This document shows, one piece after another, positions 1-13,198 of a stretch of DNA of 64,000 nucleotides; within the stretch, counting starts at the first letter, position 1, and each line of letters begins with the position of its first letter. A program made the translations under genes and the position numbers. Source of the DNA: Octopus sinensis (Eukaryota); assembly GCF_006345805.1 (NCBI RefSeq), contig NC_043021.1:7440001-7504000 (forward strand), written 5' to 3'. Under the pieces are notes generated by a model. That model worked only from the letters and a program-made list of their open reading frames with translations. It was not told the DNA's origin and ran no database searches.

Positions 1-3000
1 ACAAGTTAATGAGATTGGCATTTAGTGTAATAAGTAAAAAAAAAAAAAAAACCTTCAAAACACAAATTGAAAGAAGGGATTTTTTGACACCAGGCAGTGG
101 AACTCCTTTAGTTTATCACAAGCATGAATCTTATTCCACAGTTCTTGCCCATATGAACAATACATAAGTAGGTTTTATGTACCAAAGTTTAAATCACTAA
201 GGAAAGGCAGAAGGGTGGTGACTGAAGCTGTTTGACAATTCATACCTTTCTCAAATATATTAGCAAGGAAAGGAAAGTAACTTGATGTCCAATAAGATAT
301 GAAAACCATCTCAAAGACCTGGCAAGCTATAAAAAGTTTACCACTTTCTCCTTAACAAGCAATCACCGCAAGAAGAGGATATAGGAATGGTATAAAATAT
401 CAAGACTGTCAGTCAATCATTAATACCCTTTCTTTTGATTAATTAATTAATTAATTAATTTATTTATTTATATATTTTTGATAAATACACTATTACAAAC
501 TAACATTGGTTTACATAGGAAAGAAAAAGTAGGTAGGTTGAGAAGGTGGAGGTAATGAACAACAGAAGAAGAGAGTGGGTCTAACCAGCTCAGAAATATA
601 AGGTTAAAAAACCACCTTTATAATACAGAAGATTTCGAAAAATAAAATACAAATATAGATATTTTTCTTAATCATCCTTAATTTAAATTTAACATCTTGT
701 ACAAATACAGAATTAGCCAGAAACAAAATTTCTCAAATGATCTCTTTTTTCATATTGTGAAACCGTTTTTGGTGTGCGTTTGTGTGTGTGTTATTGTTTA
801 CATTTATTTATATCCATGCTTATTATTATTATTATGCCTCCCCACCCCCTAGATATTTGCTGTTCCTATTACAGGCTACCCTTCAATTAAGTAAGAGTGC
901 CACCCTGTTTTTCCATCTGGCAAGAAGAGTTATGGACATTTACCTTAAGAATTCAATTAGGTTTGAAGTCAACAGATCATAGACCTGAACTTATTAAAAA
1001 TACAAACAACAACAATAATAATAATAATAATAATAATACAAGCAAATAATTTGTTTCTTTTGTTTTTTAGCTACTCCCCAAAGAATGAGTTTTTCTGCGA
1101 AATCGAAAAAAATAAAGCCTACTCACTTCTTAGCGGAAATCGTCATATTTTCCCGCTGCTTGTCATGAAGTCAGTAAAGTGAGGAGAGCCATGAACAAGG
1201 TCATGATACTGAGTCATAACTGTGTTTTTATCAGACAAAGATTGGAGAGAAAGAGAGAGAGAGAGTGTGTGTGTGGATGTGCAGAAAACTGGCTTTAAAT
1301 TTTGTACCTAACTCTTTATTCAGTAAGGACACTGGAAAGTTTTCCAAGTATATCTTTTGCACAATAAAGAACATACAATTAAGTGCATGCTAACATAATG
1401 AGCCAAAAAGAATTTTTAATCAATTGAAATTAAACCCATATTGAAAAGAATTCAAAGAAGGCAAGAGAATGAACTCCATCATTCAAATTGATTCAAAATT
1501 AAATGGCATCATCATAAATTCTAGTCAGATCTGAATGTAGACTTAACCTGACAACTAGGAATACAATAGCACTCTTATATTATTGCTTTGATCCCCTCTC
1601 CTACCCCTTATTAGGGATAACGAATATCATATGGCTCACGAAATAGAGGAAGAAAAACACAGAAAAATGAAAAACAGATGTTTTTTTGAGAAAACATCCT
1701 AGAACACGAGTTAGCAAGACCTCATCAGACAATTTTTACATTCAAAGGATATGCTATCCTTACTGGTTGCTATCATACCGATATACCATCTATAGTGGTC
1801 GATATAACCAAATAATGAAGACAATGCAGAGTCAAACAACCAACTAAATATAGCAGCCAACTCTCCCTCAAGCGTATCTAAATTTTCTTTGAAATGGGGA
1901 CTACATGTTAGAAGTTGCAAAATTTTCAAGATGGATTGTCCTATAAGGAAGATTGAATGATCACAAGAATGTTTATCAAACACTTAGCTCTGACTCAAAT
2001 CTACTGCTGGACTTGCACATTATACACACACATACACACAGATATATATATGTATGTATGTATGTATGTGAGTGTGCATATCAGGATGCAAGGCTTGTAG
2101 ATTATTAGTCTTAAAACATACCACTAGTTATCTACATGGCACAGGGGGTGTGCTCAGAAAGAGCCGATTGGAGACACCCCCAGCAACACTATCTTGATTG
2201 GTTTACAACCACAAACTCAATTTCTAACTGTAACAAATTTACATCTGAGATTGAAGCAATTTTTGTCCTACACATAATACAGATTTTTATTTACCAAAAA
2301 GAAAAAGATTTATATATATATACACACACACTCACATACTCATAGACTTATTCAGACCAGATTGTCAGTAGTGAAGATTCATGAAGATATTGTGCAAAAA
2401 TGTGTGTTTATATAAGGGTATACATGTATGCATATATATTGCATACCTCTTGGCTCATAAAGAACCTCATACAGATAACACATTGCACACACACATTCTT
2501 AATAATTAAACTGTATCTGTTTCACCGTTGAATTTTTAAATTAATACTTCTACATAAAAATATATTGATTTTTAAAAAAATTAAATAAGAATATTGCACT
2601 TGTATGTGTGTATGTATGTATATGTGTGTGTTTTGAATTTTTGTTTTTTTTCCGTTAAACATTTATGATAAAGAATTCACAGAAGACAGGGAAAGCTACA
2701 AAAGACAACCATGCAAGATTTACAGAAACTGGCAAAGTACAGAACTGATTGAACTAGTAATAGAGAGAGAGAGAGAGGAAAAAAAAACTCTTGTTTTCTT
2801 TTCAGATCTTTATCTTAGCCCAAGAGAACCAATGTTTTTTTGGGGGTTTTTTTTGAGAAGATAAGAATAACATAACATGCTGTGAGCATTTATTAGGGTG
2901 CTATGGGAAGTTTAAAAAATAATAATGGTTAGTATATTGCTCCAACCTGGCCAAGGCTACATTGGCTAAAACAAACTAAAGGACTATATCTTGGCAGTGT

Positions 3001-3216
3001 TTGAAAAAAAAATAAAATAAAAATCATAATAAAATAATAATTAATAACGTCAGTTAATTATCGTTAAGTTGCTGGAATAGATTTAAAGCAAGTTATTAAA
3101 ACTTGCAGGTTGAAAGGCTGGATTGATAGATGTACACAATGTTGGCTTATTGAACTGAACAAGAGTTAAACGTTGATGAGTGCTCGTAGAACTGGAGATA
3201 TATATCTGGAACTATT

Positions 3217-3255
<39 letters not shown>

Positions 3256-5379
3256 AACTCATTGCTCAAAGTACCATAAAGCTGTTGCAATAATTTTTGT
3301 GAGATGAGCAGATGAAGTTACGCTGTAAAACGATATTGCAGTTACCCATTCAGTATGAATTTGATAGGAAACCTCTAGGCTACAACTGATGCTGAACAGG
3401 TAAAGTAAGTGTTAGTAGGGTCACTAATATGACCATAAACATAGCTTAATGTTGACCAGCACTATAAAAAGAATAGTTAGAATAACGAGCTTGCTAATTA
3501 CCAATTTGTGAGGAAGTATTTAGTGGTGGTGCCCCAGCATGGCTGCAGCCTTCGGGCTGAAACATTTTTAAGGATTTAAGGAGTACATTAGTAGTTATTG
3601 TTTAGCCCCATCTTTAGCCCTGTATATCTATGGACTGCACTGTTTGATGTATCTTTTCTTTCTTTAAGATGTTAAAATATAATCTGAGGGTGATTAGACT
3701 ACTATTTCCAGCAGGTGAAGAGAGTATATCTAGAGAGAGAGGCTCTTTGTCGGCTCACTTTCTTACTCGGGCAATGTCTTACAATGATGTGAGGTTGAAT
3801 CTGCAATAACTGCTTCAGTAAGTATAAATGATACCTCAAACAAGCCTGCCTGGACTTCCCCATTAAACAAGTGGTGGATTTCCATACTAAGACGGAGAGC
3901 ACCATGGCATCCATCTCATGTCAGATGAAGGAATAATGACCGAGATGGTCTATCCAAGCAGAACAATCCGGCCCCGGTTGTGAGATTTTGTCCACAACCC
4001 CGGTCGGAAAGGAGGGTAATCCTCTTGCCAGAGATATAAATATGGTTATAACTGGAAGCACTTTCATTGAAGAAGCAGAGACAACCGGGACATCCTCCTC
4101 CTCCTTAGTGTACCAAATAGAACATTTTTCAGAGCACTACAAAGAACTGGTAGGATAACCCCCCAAACATCCAGACTTTCCGAGGAGTCTCCTGACGAAG
4201 ACTTGAGTCCTCTTCAGAATTGTTTGGCCATTAACCAAATACAGAGGACCTTAAAACTAAATACAACACAAAGCCAAAGAGTTAGTATACTAATAAATAC
4301 CGGATTAGTACAGCTGAAAGTAAATATATGTTTGTAAGGATATGACTAAATGTTTAGTAAACTAACAAATGTGTCTTAAAGTTGACAGTAACAATTCTTA
4401 ACAGACCAAAGATCTTTAGAAAAACACTCTTAACAGACCAATACATTGTATGCTTGGCTGATTTCAGTAGTTAGTTTCTATTGGTCAGACAAGCTTTATT
4501 AATTATAATTAATCCAAGAGACTAATAGTTAATTAAATGCTCAGAGCTGTAACTTTTAATGGAGAATGACAATGCAAACAATATTTGAGTGTGTATGAAT
4601 GCATCTATATATACATATGCATATATGTATATATATATATATACATATTTATTCACATACTATCAATCTAATGTTAACTTGGACGATTATAAAAAATAAT
4701 TTTTTTTAAAGGGGAAAAAAAATGAAGTAATAAACGAACAAAATTTCTGCTGATTTTGCTGTCTGAAGATGTCTAGCAACAACTTGAATCTATGAGAGAG
4801 ATTATGACAGGGGCTGGACAGATGGGGGGAAGGCAGTCGCTGGAAGCAGAATGCATCAAAGTAACATGTTAAATTGAAGTAAGGTCAGCAACAAAGTCGA
4901 TCCCTTCACAAACCACTGAAGCATAAAGTGAATGAAAATCAAATCACCTCACAAGATTTCTATATCCATTGCAGGTAACTTTATCCAGACAAAAGTCTGA
5001 TTGCCTTTTTATTTTCTTTATCCCCTTTTTTTTTTACAGTTTGGGGCTAAAGCGAGGCACTAAGAAAAGCCTGCAATGGCATATGAATTCACAATTTATA
5101 GGCAAGACATTTGATAATTCATCCACTCAGCCACTGAACAACTATTATAAAGCAACAAAGAGTTTGGTAAATACACATGCAGCCATGCAATATGCATGGA
5201 TATCCATTTACGTCAACATTTTTATCTGAGGAGAATCCACTGTCTTTTCTGTTAATCAACTGCTATTACTATGACAAAGGGGACAACATATATTTCCTCA
5301 GACCAGCTTTACTTCCTCTGGAAGTGAAGGTTGAGAGTTTTAGGGAGTTATATCACAGCTTTGAGTCTCAACACTGGTT

Positions 5380-6050
5380 CATGATAGATCTATTACATGT
5401 TGCCCACTTTTTTTCTTTTTCACACTATTGTTTGGTAGATCTACCACATGCTGCATCAAGCATGCTTGTCGTGGATCTACCAAATCACTTTATGCACACT
5501 TATTCTGGTTTGTGGCTCAATGCAACTGACTGGTGGTGGTCCTACCACATGTTGTCTCATACAATCATGAGGTGGCTCTATCACATGTTGCATCAGATAG
5601 TTGACACTGGACGGTTTATCATACATTGCCTCATGCAATCTACCATATCTAAAACATGTTGCCTCATAACTGCATTATGCAGTTATTTTTAGTGGATCTA
5701 CCACATGTTGCCTCATGCAAGAATCATGTGATGGATCTACCACATGTCACTTTATGACATAATCATTTAGTAGTGGCTTCTTCAAGTTACTTTAGGCAGT
5801 TGTTTATTGTAGATCTACCACATGGTGCACAATAAAGACATCCTATGGATCAACCACAAAATGCCTCATGTGTCATGCATACATGTGATGAGTTTTTACC
5901 TCCATGCAGTGTCCTGCAGTTGTCCTCAGTAGATCTACAAGTTTAGGCTCCAACATTAGGGCATTTGAAAAAAACCTACCACATGTTCATGTTGCTTTGA
6001 ACAGTTTTGTTGTGATACCTTTTTTTCTATCACATGTTGCTTAATGCAAT
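5380..6050. repeat. Degenerate ~38-bp minisatellite (core GTGGATCTACCACATGTTGCCTCA)
   Basis: The core recurs about every 38 bp (e.g. ~5435, 5470, 5535, 5572, 5692, 5730, 5809, 5846). Confidence 0.8.
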
Positions 6051-7536
6051 CTTCTGAAAAACATTTAGGAAAAAACAACATGCAAATCTGTGACCTTTCC
6101 ATCAGTACCATCACCAACTCACCAACCTCTTTCAATTTCTTTCACAAACAAAAGCTGCAGAAATAGAACTAGCATCCATAAACAACAAATAAGCTACACT
6201 AAAACTTAATTTACATTTTGTCTCTCACTCTCTCCAAAAAACAAAAGGAACACTGAGCCATAGTCACCAGCAAATTAATCTTTTTACTAGGTTAGGGCTT
6301 ATTTTTAACATTTATTTTATAAATCCTGAGCTAAATGATATTAATTTAGGGGAGTATCATTTTTTTTTTTTAGTATAGTTTTCTTACTTAAACCTAAGAT
6401 CACAATTTTAGAGGGCTGGCTGGAGGCATGAGACAATGTGATATACATCCCTCATGCCTTTCTTCATAGCCTCAATGAATCAAATCAAAGGAACTGACTT
6501 CAACGGGGAATTGAAATTAGCTCCCTTTCTTTTGTTTTGTTTCTATGATGCTTGCTGATCTTTCAAAAATATATCTCTAAACTCTATCACAATTATATAT
6601 ATATAAGTCAGATTTTTCTGATGAAGAAGGATAAGTATAAAATTGTGATGCTAATACTTCTTCTCAAAGCCAATGAGAAAAGTGATGAGAATAAAAGCTT
6701 TTAAAGAGATAAACAAGATAGATGAAAAGATGTAGGATGCTGGGTAACTAAGTAGTGTGAAGTAAACCTAACATAGAATAAAGAAGTGTAAAAATAGATA
6801 GCTTGAAATAAAGAAGTATATGTATTTGATATATAAGTTTAGTGTCTTTGAGCTAGAATTTTTTGAAAAACCAAAATTATCCCATATTCCATTCAGTATG
6901 AGCAAACATTTTAAACAAAGTAAAACTTTACCCAAGCACTACAGAACAATAATGGAATAACGAGATGTATTTATTCATGGGTTTAAAGAATTCTACCACA
7001 AGGAAAAATCATGTTAATAATTCTCATTGTTCTTCCTACCCAGCGCAACGAAGAAACAAAATCCCAAAGCATCTATTGAAGACGGGAACATTATTATGTA
7101 ACATATTATTATATGATATTATTTTTATTATTATTAATGGCCATATTCCACTGAAATCATTTGGAATTTTCAAAAGACAAAGAGAGATTGAAGAAGAAAC
7201 AAGAGTATGGATGGAGAAGGACAAAGTATAAAAGGAACAAGACGAAGAAAAGAAAAAAAATGCAACGGGAGAGAAAATGAAAGAACGAGAGAGAGAGAGA
7301 GATGGGGGTGGGGAAGCAAGGAAGGGGTGGGGGGAACCATAAAGGAGAAAACATCATCACACACGGTAATACCAAAGCTTTAAGAATGAAGTGAGGTAAA
7401 AGTGGTTGTTAATTATTTAATTACAATATTTTTTTTTCCCATACAGATAAGAAAAAAAATTTTGTCTTCATTCAACTATAAATAAAATTTCTGGAAAAAT
7501 AAAACACTATGATAACAATAGTAAATAGTAAATAGC

Positions 7537-7585
<49 letters not shown>

Positions 7586-8365
7586 GGTTAAGCTTCTGGT
7601 GATACAAGATTGCAAACCTAGTTTCTACTCCAGATTTAAGTCAGTTCCCTTACATTGCTAATGCCATTAGGAAATGCATGAATGTCATAAAAACACTTTT
7701 GCTCCTTTATAAATCTAGCGCCAATGAAAGAAATTAGCATTTTCCTTCTCCTTTTACACTAATTTTTTTTTGTGTAGAGGATGGTGGTATACTGACCTCA
7801 CCCATCTCAAACTTGACTTTGTCTTCCATCTTCCGCTAGAAAGATGCAAGACAAAGGTAACTTTTGTAGAATTTGAACTTAAGAGCAACAAGGGCTCTGC
7901 CTTTTCAATAATCATAAAGCATCACGCAAACAGCTATCAACTGGCTGATTATAATTCAGGAACAAAATCAACAATACCAGAACTTGGTTGGTACGTTATT
8001 GTATTGACCCTGAGGTATGGGAGGGGGGGGGAGATAAAAAGCAAAATTAATCATGGCAGGATTTGAAGTCAGAAAACGGAGCTGGAAGAAATAATGCTGG
8101 CCATTTCTTTCTGGCCAAACAATGTTCTAGCGATTCCTGGTTTCTTCACGTAGATTTAAGGGAGAGCAAATAAAGAGGTTGTGATATTTATGCATTCACA
8201 AAAAGAGCAGCAGCAATATGCAAGTGAAATGGCATCAACCGGGAGGAGAAACTGGACTGAGAAGGTGATTCACCAAGAAGCTACTACCACTACTAATACT
8301 ACTGCTACTATCACCACACTGAGATGCACACTTGTTACTACAACAACACGAATAAAAACATCAAT

Positions 8366-8428
<63 letters not shown>

Positions 8429-9826
8429 GAAGTTCCTATGAAATGTTAGCACACAAATCAATCCATATAATAATTATCAGATATTGCACAACCCAACCCA
8501 AAACAGAACCCTACATGACAAAAACAAGCTTCAATATAAGTTCACATGGCAAACCCGAGTAGTTTAAATGAAGCAGAATATTTGCAAGAAGCAATGGACA
8601 TTATTGTAGATGCTTGATTACTGAATTATTATCAGTAAGTATAGCATATGGCATGTGAGAACATTGGTTTCTCAATTTACATTTGTAAATGCTACAGATG
8701 CAACGATGTACAGTGGCTTCTGGCAATTTATGTTATGTAGAAGTGTAAGATACGAGAATAATCTGCTATACTAGCAATACTTAAAAAAAAAGAGAGAGAA
8801 ATCAGTAAATATTTCAAGATATTTCTTACAGATCATTTGCTTACTTTTAAGAATCATCCGCATGCTTTCTAAGATGTACTTGTGTGTGTGTGTGTATGCA
8901 TTGGAAAGATGAATTCCGTTAAATAAAAATTGATACAGAGTCCTCACGTTCAAACACTACTGAGCCTGACCAAGACCATAACATTTCCAACCGGTTTCAC
9001 TTAGAGAAAAGTCAAGTGGAGTCATGCGTACTAACCTCGCCTTTTCCAGAAGAAATGCATGTGTATGTGTACGGAGTGTGTGGTGTTGAATGAAGTATAC
9101 ATATGTGTATGTAGTGATGTATGTTATATAGACACATATGTGAACTGTGTGATGTAGCAGAGAAAGTCTTTCTCCTTTTGTCTTTGTCTTTCTCTACAAA
9201 AACACATCTGCAGACTTCAGTTCCACTACGTTATAAGATAACCATTTTTCCATAGACAAGACTTTAACAGACTAAACAGTGAAAATATGGAATAAGAAAA
9301 AGCATTGAATTCTTAAAATATGAAGAGAGAAAATAAAAACAACAAAAACATGGCAAAAAGGGGTGGGTTGGGAAAGAGAGATAAATGGAATTTATTATTC
9401 TAAAAAGAAGTGTAAAAATCTAATAAAGTAAAGATAAATATATCAATGCATATGTGTATATGCATTTGTCTATCTGTGTGTGTGTGTGTCTATGAATATT
9501 AGTTTGATAGAATATCACATATTTGGCTAAATCTCAATGAAATGCAAATAAAAAATCTTGGAACTGAAAAGTGAAAGTACCATGGTGTGTGTGTGTGTGT
9601 GTATGTGGTGGGTGTTGAATAAATTATCTAAGGAATAAAAAGCATATTAGTGTGTGTTTGTGTGTGTGTATGTATGGGAGAGATTTATTGCATAATTAAG
9701 GCCACAACACATACAAATATCTTTAACACATACGGACATACATAGTTTGCACTCAGCCACCGTCAATCTAAACTATATTATACTAACAATACATTAGGGA
9801 ACTTTGAGCTAGGATCTAAATTCTAG

Positions 9827-9869
<43 letters not shown>

Positions 9870-10087
9870 CTACTTAAATGTAATTCTAAAAACTCCCACA
9901 TTTCATTTTACTTAAAAGCACCCAGCTGAAGAGACCTGGCACTGTGCCAAAATAAAGTTTTAGTTACTACATTGCAGACTTCCTCCATGTACCTACTAAC
10001 TTCCTTCTTGTTCTCTTCCAACATTATGCGGATGTAAATGTACGTAGGCATGTGTGTGTATGTACATGTATGTGTGTGTATATTATA

Positions 10088-10118
<31 letters not shown>

Positions 10119-10350
10119 GGCAAGTTCCAGAAAAAAAAAATACGGAGCCACACACGGGTCTCTATATGTTGCAAGATTATTCAGAGCTAAATCATCGTAA
10201 ATTTCTTGTGTATGTGTGTTTGTATAAATGTGTGTGTGTGTGTATACACACACACACTCATCTATATCTGTGTAAGCATGTATATGTATCTTATACACAT
10301 CCAAATAAATATTCCCTTCTTTTTCTCTCTCCCAACTCATCAATACATAC

Positions 10351-10398
<48 letters not shown>

Positions 10399-10785
10399 GC
10401 ATATATGTATATATATATATATATGTATATATATATTCATCAGGCTCTAAGTGTATGTGTGTGTATGTAAATATATATAATATAAATATATCCATAGAGA
10501 GATAGATAAATAATGTAGATATGCATATATTTATACACATATATATCCATATATATATAATATATTGTCTGTGTGTTTAGCTGTGTTAATGTGTGTCTAT
10601 TATCTACATATTACACAAATAATGGGATTTCATTTAAGTTAGGTTTGGTTTGTGATATGCTTGTATTTGTTTTGCTTGAACTGCAGTTTTGCTTTCAACT
10701 TCCTTCTAAGAAGGCTGCATATGGCAGCGGCACTGCTGTAGAACTGACCAAGCTGTCTGCTGCGAGGTACTGGACTTATTGCAGA

Positions 10786-10825
10786 TCATATTTTCACCGA
10801 CTGTTTCCTCCGTGACAGTTTAGAC
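10786..10825 (-). CDS. unc-104: unc-104/KIF1A last coding exon (RSKLSRRKQSVKI*)
   Basis: tttccttag| acceptor, phase 2. Matches the KIF1A C-terminus RSKLSRRRSAQMRV. TGA at 10788-10786. Confidence 0.94.
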
Positions 10826-11165
10826 CTAAGGAAAGAAACAAAAAAAAGTAAATAAATATATAAGTAAAAAAGATAAATAAATAAGTAAGTAAAAAAAAAA
10901 GGTAAATAGATAAGTAAAAAAAAAAGGTAAATAAATAATTAAAAAAAGGTAAATAGATAAATAAGTGAAAGTGCTTTGTTACTTTAGCAAGAAACATCAA
11001 TCCACCCACCCTACTTATATTCATTTGACCCTTCAGTAGTTAAACTGTCTATATCAGACCCTAATATTTTAACTGTTTTACTAAGATGTCAGGTGATGCC
11101 CATGAGGGTGCTTGACAGTTCCAATGCTTTAGCCAGGCCATTGCCTATGGTTATGCTTGTCACGT

Positions 11166-11329
11166 GTTCTGGGTTCAAATTCCGCCGAGGTCGACTTTGC
11201 CTTTCATCCTTTCGGGGTCGATAAATTAAGTACCAGTTACGCACTGGGGTCGATGTAATCGACTTAATCCCTTTGACTGTCCTTGTTTGTCCCCTCTATG
11301 TTTAGCCCCTTGTGGGTAGTAAAGAAATA
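11166..11329 (+). mobile_element. SINE family A (..gagttcaaattccgccgaggtcgactttgcc..aaagaaata), 5'-truncated
   Basis: Aligns by eye with copies at 21201, 32659(-), 34795(-), 36894, 48591 and 63165(-). Confidence 0.85.
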
Positions 11330-11502
11330 TATGCTATAAGCATGTTGGCTAGCTTCAGTCAGTTCTGTTGAACCTTGTGGTGTTAAATTCATGTTTTTTC
11401 TTGCTTTTTCTTTCTTTCTTCCTCTTTTCCCCTTTTTTCCTTTCTTTGCTCATATTTGTGTTTTCTTTGGTTTTGTATTTGTATTTTAATGTGGTTTTGT
11501 AT

Positions 11503-11720
11503 TATCTCTTATATAAAATCAGTTCTGTCTGTCTGTCTGTGTGTGTGGCTTCTAGAATCTCGGGCATCCTCCATCCGATTGCACTCAAATTTGATATATA
11601 AATACCGACAGTATTAGGACATGTATAAGTCTTGAAAAAATTACAAAAATCGATTCCAAGTGAGAATGCGATTGATAAAGCCATGGGAAATCGTTTTTCT
11701 TTGGAAAGCAAAAAAGTCCA
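11503..11720 (+). mobile_element. Helitron-like non-autonomous 5' fragment
   Basis: a|tctcttatataaa start, then a (CTGT)n microsatellite, then ccgattgcactcaaatttg; this layout is typical of Lep1/DINE-like Helitrons. Confidence 0.45.
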
Positions 11721-11763
11721 TCTTTATTTCTTCTTTTGCTGGTATCTCAAATTTAGGTTAAAT

Positions 11764-12070
11764 CAGTGTTTCTCAAAGGGGAGGCCTATGGGACAGTCGG
11801 ACAAGTTGTTTTGAGAAAATTTGGTTTAAATGTTTGACAACTCAGCACCATCATTGGATGGGGGGGCGTTTTGCTCATATAGGTATCATATTCATACATG
11901 AGATATTCCAATAAATTATCTGAGACTCTTAGGGTAGTGCATAAAAAAATTAAAATATTTTTTTTATATATAGTAGAAGTGTAAGCAATTTATTGCACAT
12001 AAATTTTAACAACAAAATCTTATATGAACCCACCAAGGGCCCATATATGGACCCTGGTTGAGAAGCACTG
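11764..12070. mobile_element. hAT (Charlie-like) MITE
   Basis: TIRs CAGTGTTTCTCAA..TTGAGAAGCACTG; degenerate 8-bp flanks ggttaaat/ctttaaac. A partial sister copy lies at ~63820-63880. Confidence 0.75.
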
Positions 12071-12347
12071 CTTTAAACCTTGAATATAATTATGAGACAG
12101 AAACAATGGGACACAGAGTATGACAAGGCTGGGTAACATTGCATTAATAACTAAAAATAGCAGTCAAATCTCTGAAATTGATCCTGCTATCTTAAGAGAG
12201 GAAAAAGACAAACAGATTAGACACTGTAGTTCTAGATATACAGAACAACAACAGGATTATGATTGAAATGTCATTGATCATAGATCTGTTTGATCAAGGC
12301 TGACCTAGGGTTAAGCCAAAACAAATGAATAAATATATGTAGTTTAC

Positions 12348-12466
12348 CTAATTCGGCCAGCGAGAAGTGGATTGATGGCATATAGCCAATCATGGAAATC
12401 TTTGTCATCAAGAGTTTGAAGGAAAAATCCTCTATGTTTGGTCATTACAGAGAATGTGTTTCGAGT
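12348..12466 (-). CDS. unc-104: unc-104/KIF1A PH-domain exon ([39 protein letters not shown])
   Basis: cttcag| acceptor, |gtaaac donor, 119 nt, phase 0 to 2. Confidence 0.96.
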
Positions 12467-12709
12467 CTGAAGTGAAAGCAAGATAAAAAAAATATTCAAT
12501 AATACATTTTATATGTGTAAATGAGAGAGAGAAAGAGAGAGAAGAGGAAAATGCAAATGATAAAGAGAGAAAAATTAGAGGGAAAGAGAAATAGAGACAG
12601 ACCAAAATATGTTTATAGAAATCCACTAAAATATGATACACATCAGGACACGTTCACACATACCCACACATACAGAGCACATGCATACACACTACAGAAC
12701 AGAGAGTAG

Positions 12710-12945
12710 GACACGTGTCTACAGAATACAGAATATGGAACACCTTTACACAACACAGAGAATGACACATCTATATGGAATATAGATTATGGCACATCTA
12801 TACAGAATATAGATTATGGTACAGATCTATAAAATAGAGAGTATAGTACATCTCTACACAACATAGAGTATGACACACTTTTACAGAATATAGAAAATGG
12901 CACATATTTACAGAGTATAGATTATGACACACATTTACAGGACGG
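12710..12945. repeat. Degenerate ~27-bp minisatellite (ACACATCTATACAGAATATAGATTATG), ~9 copies
   Basis: Periodic units read directly from the sequence. Confidence 0.8.
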
Positions 12946-13011
12946 ATTTTGACAAACTTTTTCAGAGACTAAGCCACAAGTAAATGTATAGATAAATTGA
13001 ATGACATATAC

Positions 13012-13131
13012 CTTGAGCATAGCTTGTTGATCTTCACTATATTCAATCTGAGCTGTGGCTAAGTTAATCAGACCCCTTTCAACGGGATCTTTCTCATTGT
13101 TGTAGATATACACATAAGGACGACGGACAAC
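13012..13131 (-). CDS. unc-104: unc-104/KIF1A PH-domain exon ([40 protein letters not shown])
   Basis: tttacag| acceptor, |gtatat donor, 120 nt, phase 0 to 0. Confidence 0.96.
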
Positions 13132-13198
13132 CTGTAAAATAAAACAAATTATCAGTTAATGAATTCATATACATATATTATTATTATTATTATTATTA

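Noticed and set aside
1711-1983. 90-aa minus-strand ORF with protein-like composition
   Set aside because: No recognisable family, no convincing splice sites or start context; I cannot support it.
4160-4218. Minus-strand CTGAAGA..GAAA hammerhead-like string
   Set aside because: Three extra bases separate stem II from GAAA, and no stem I or III can form.
5177-5692. 171-aa ORF
   Set aside because: It is a product of the ~38-bp minisatellite; the peptide is repetitive with no recognisable domain.
9029-9049. TACTAAC..CCAG plus-strand acceptor, or GAG|GTTAGT minus-strand donor, downstream of the stop codon
   Set aside because: No partner splice site or open frame was found; a single motif is expected by chance.
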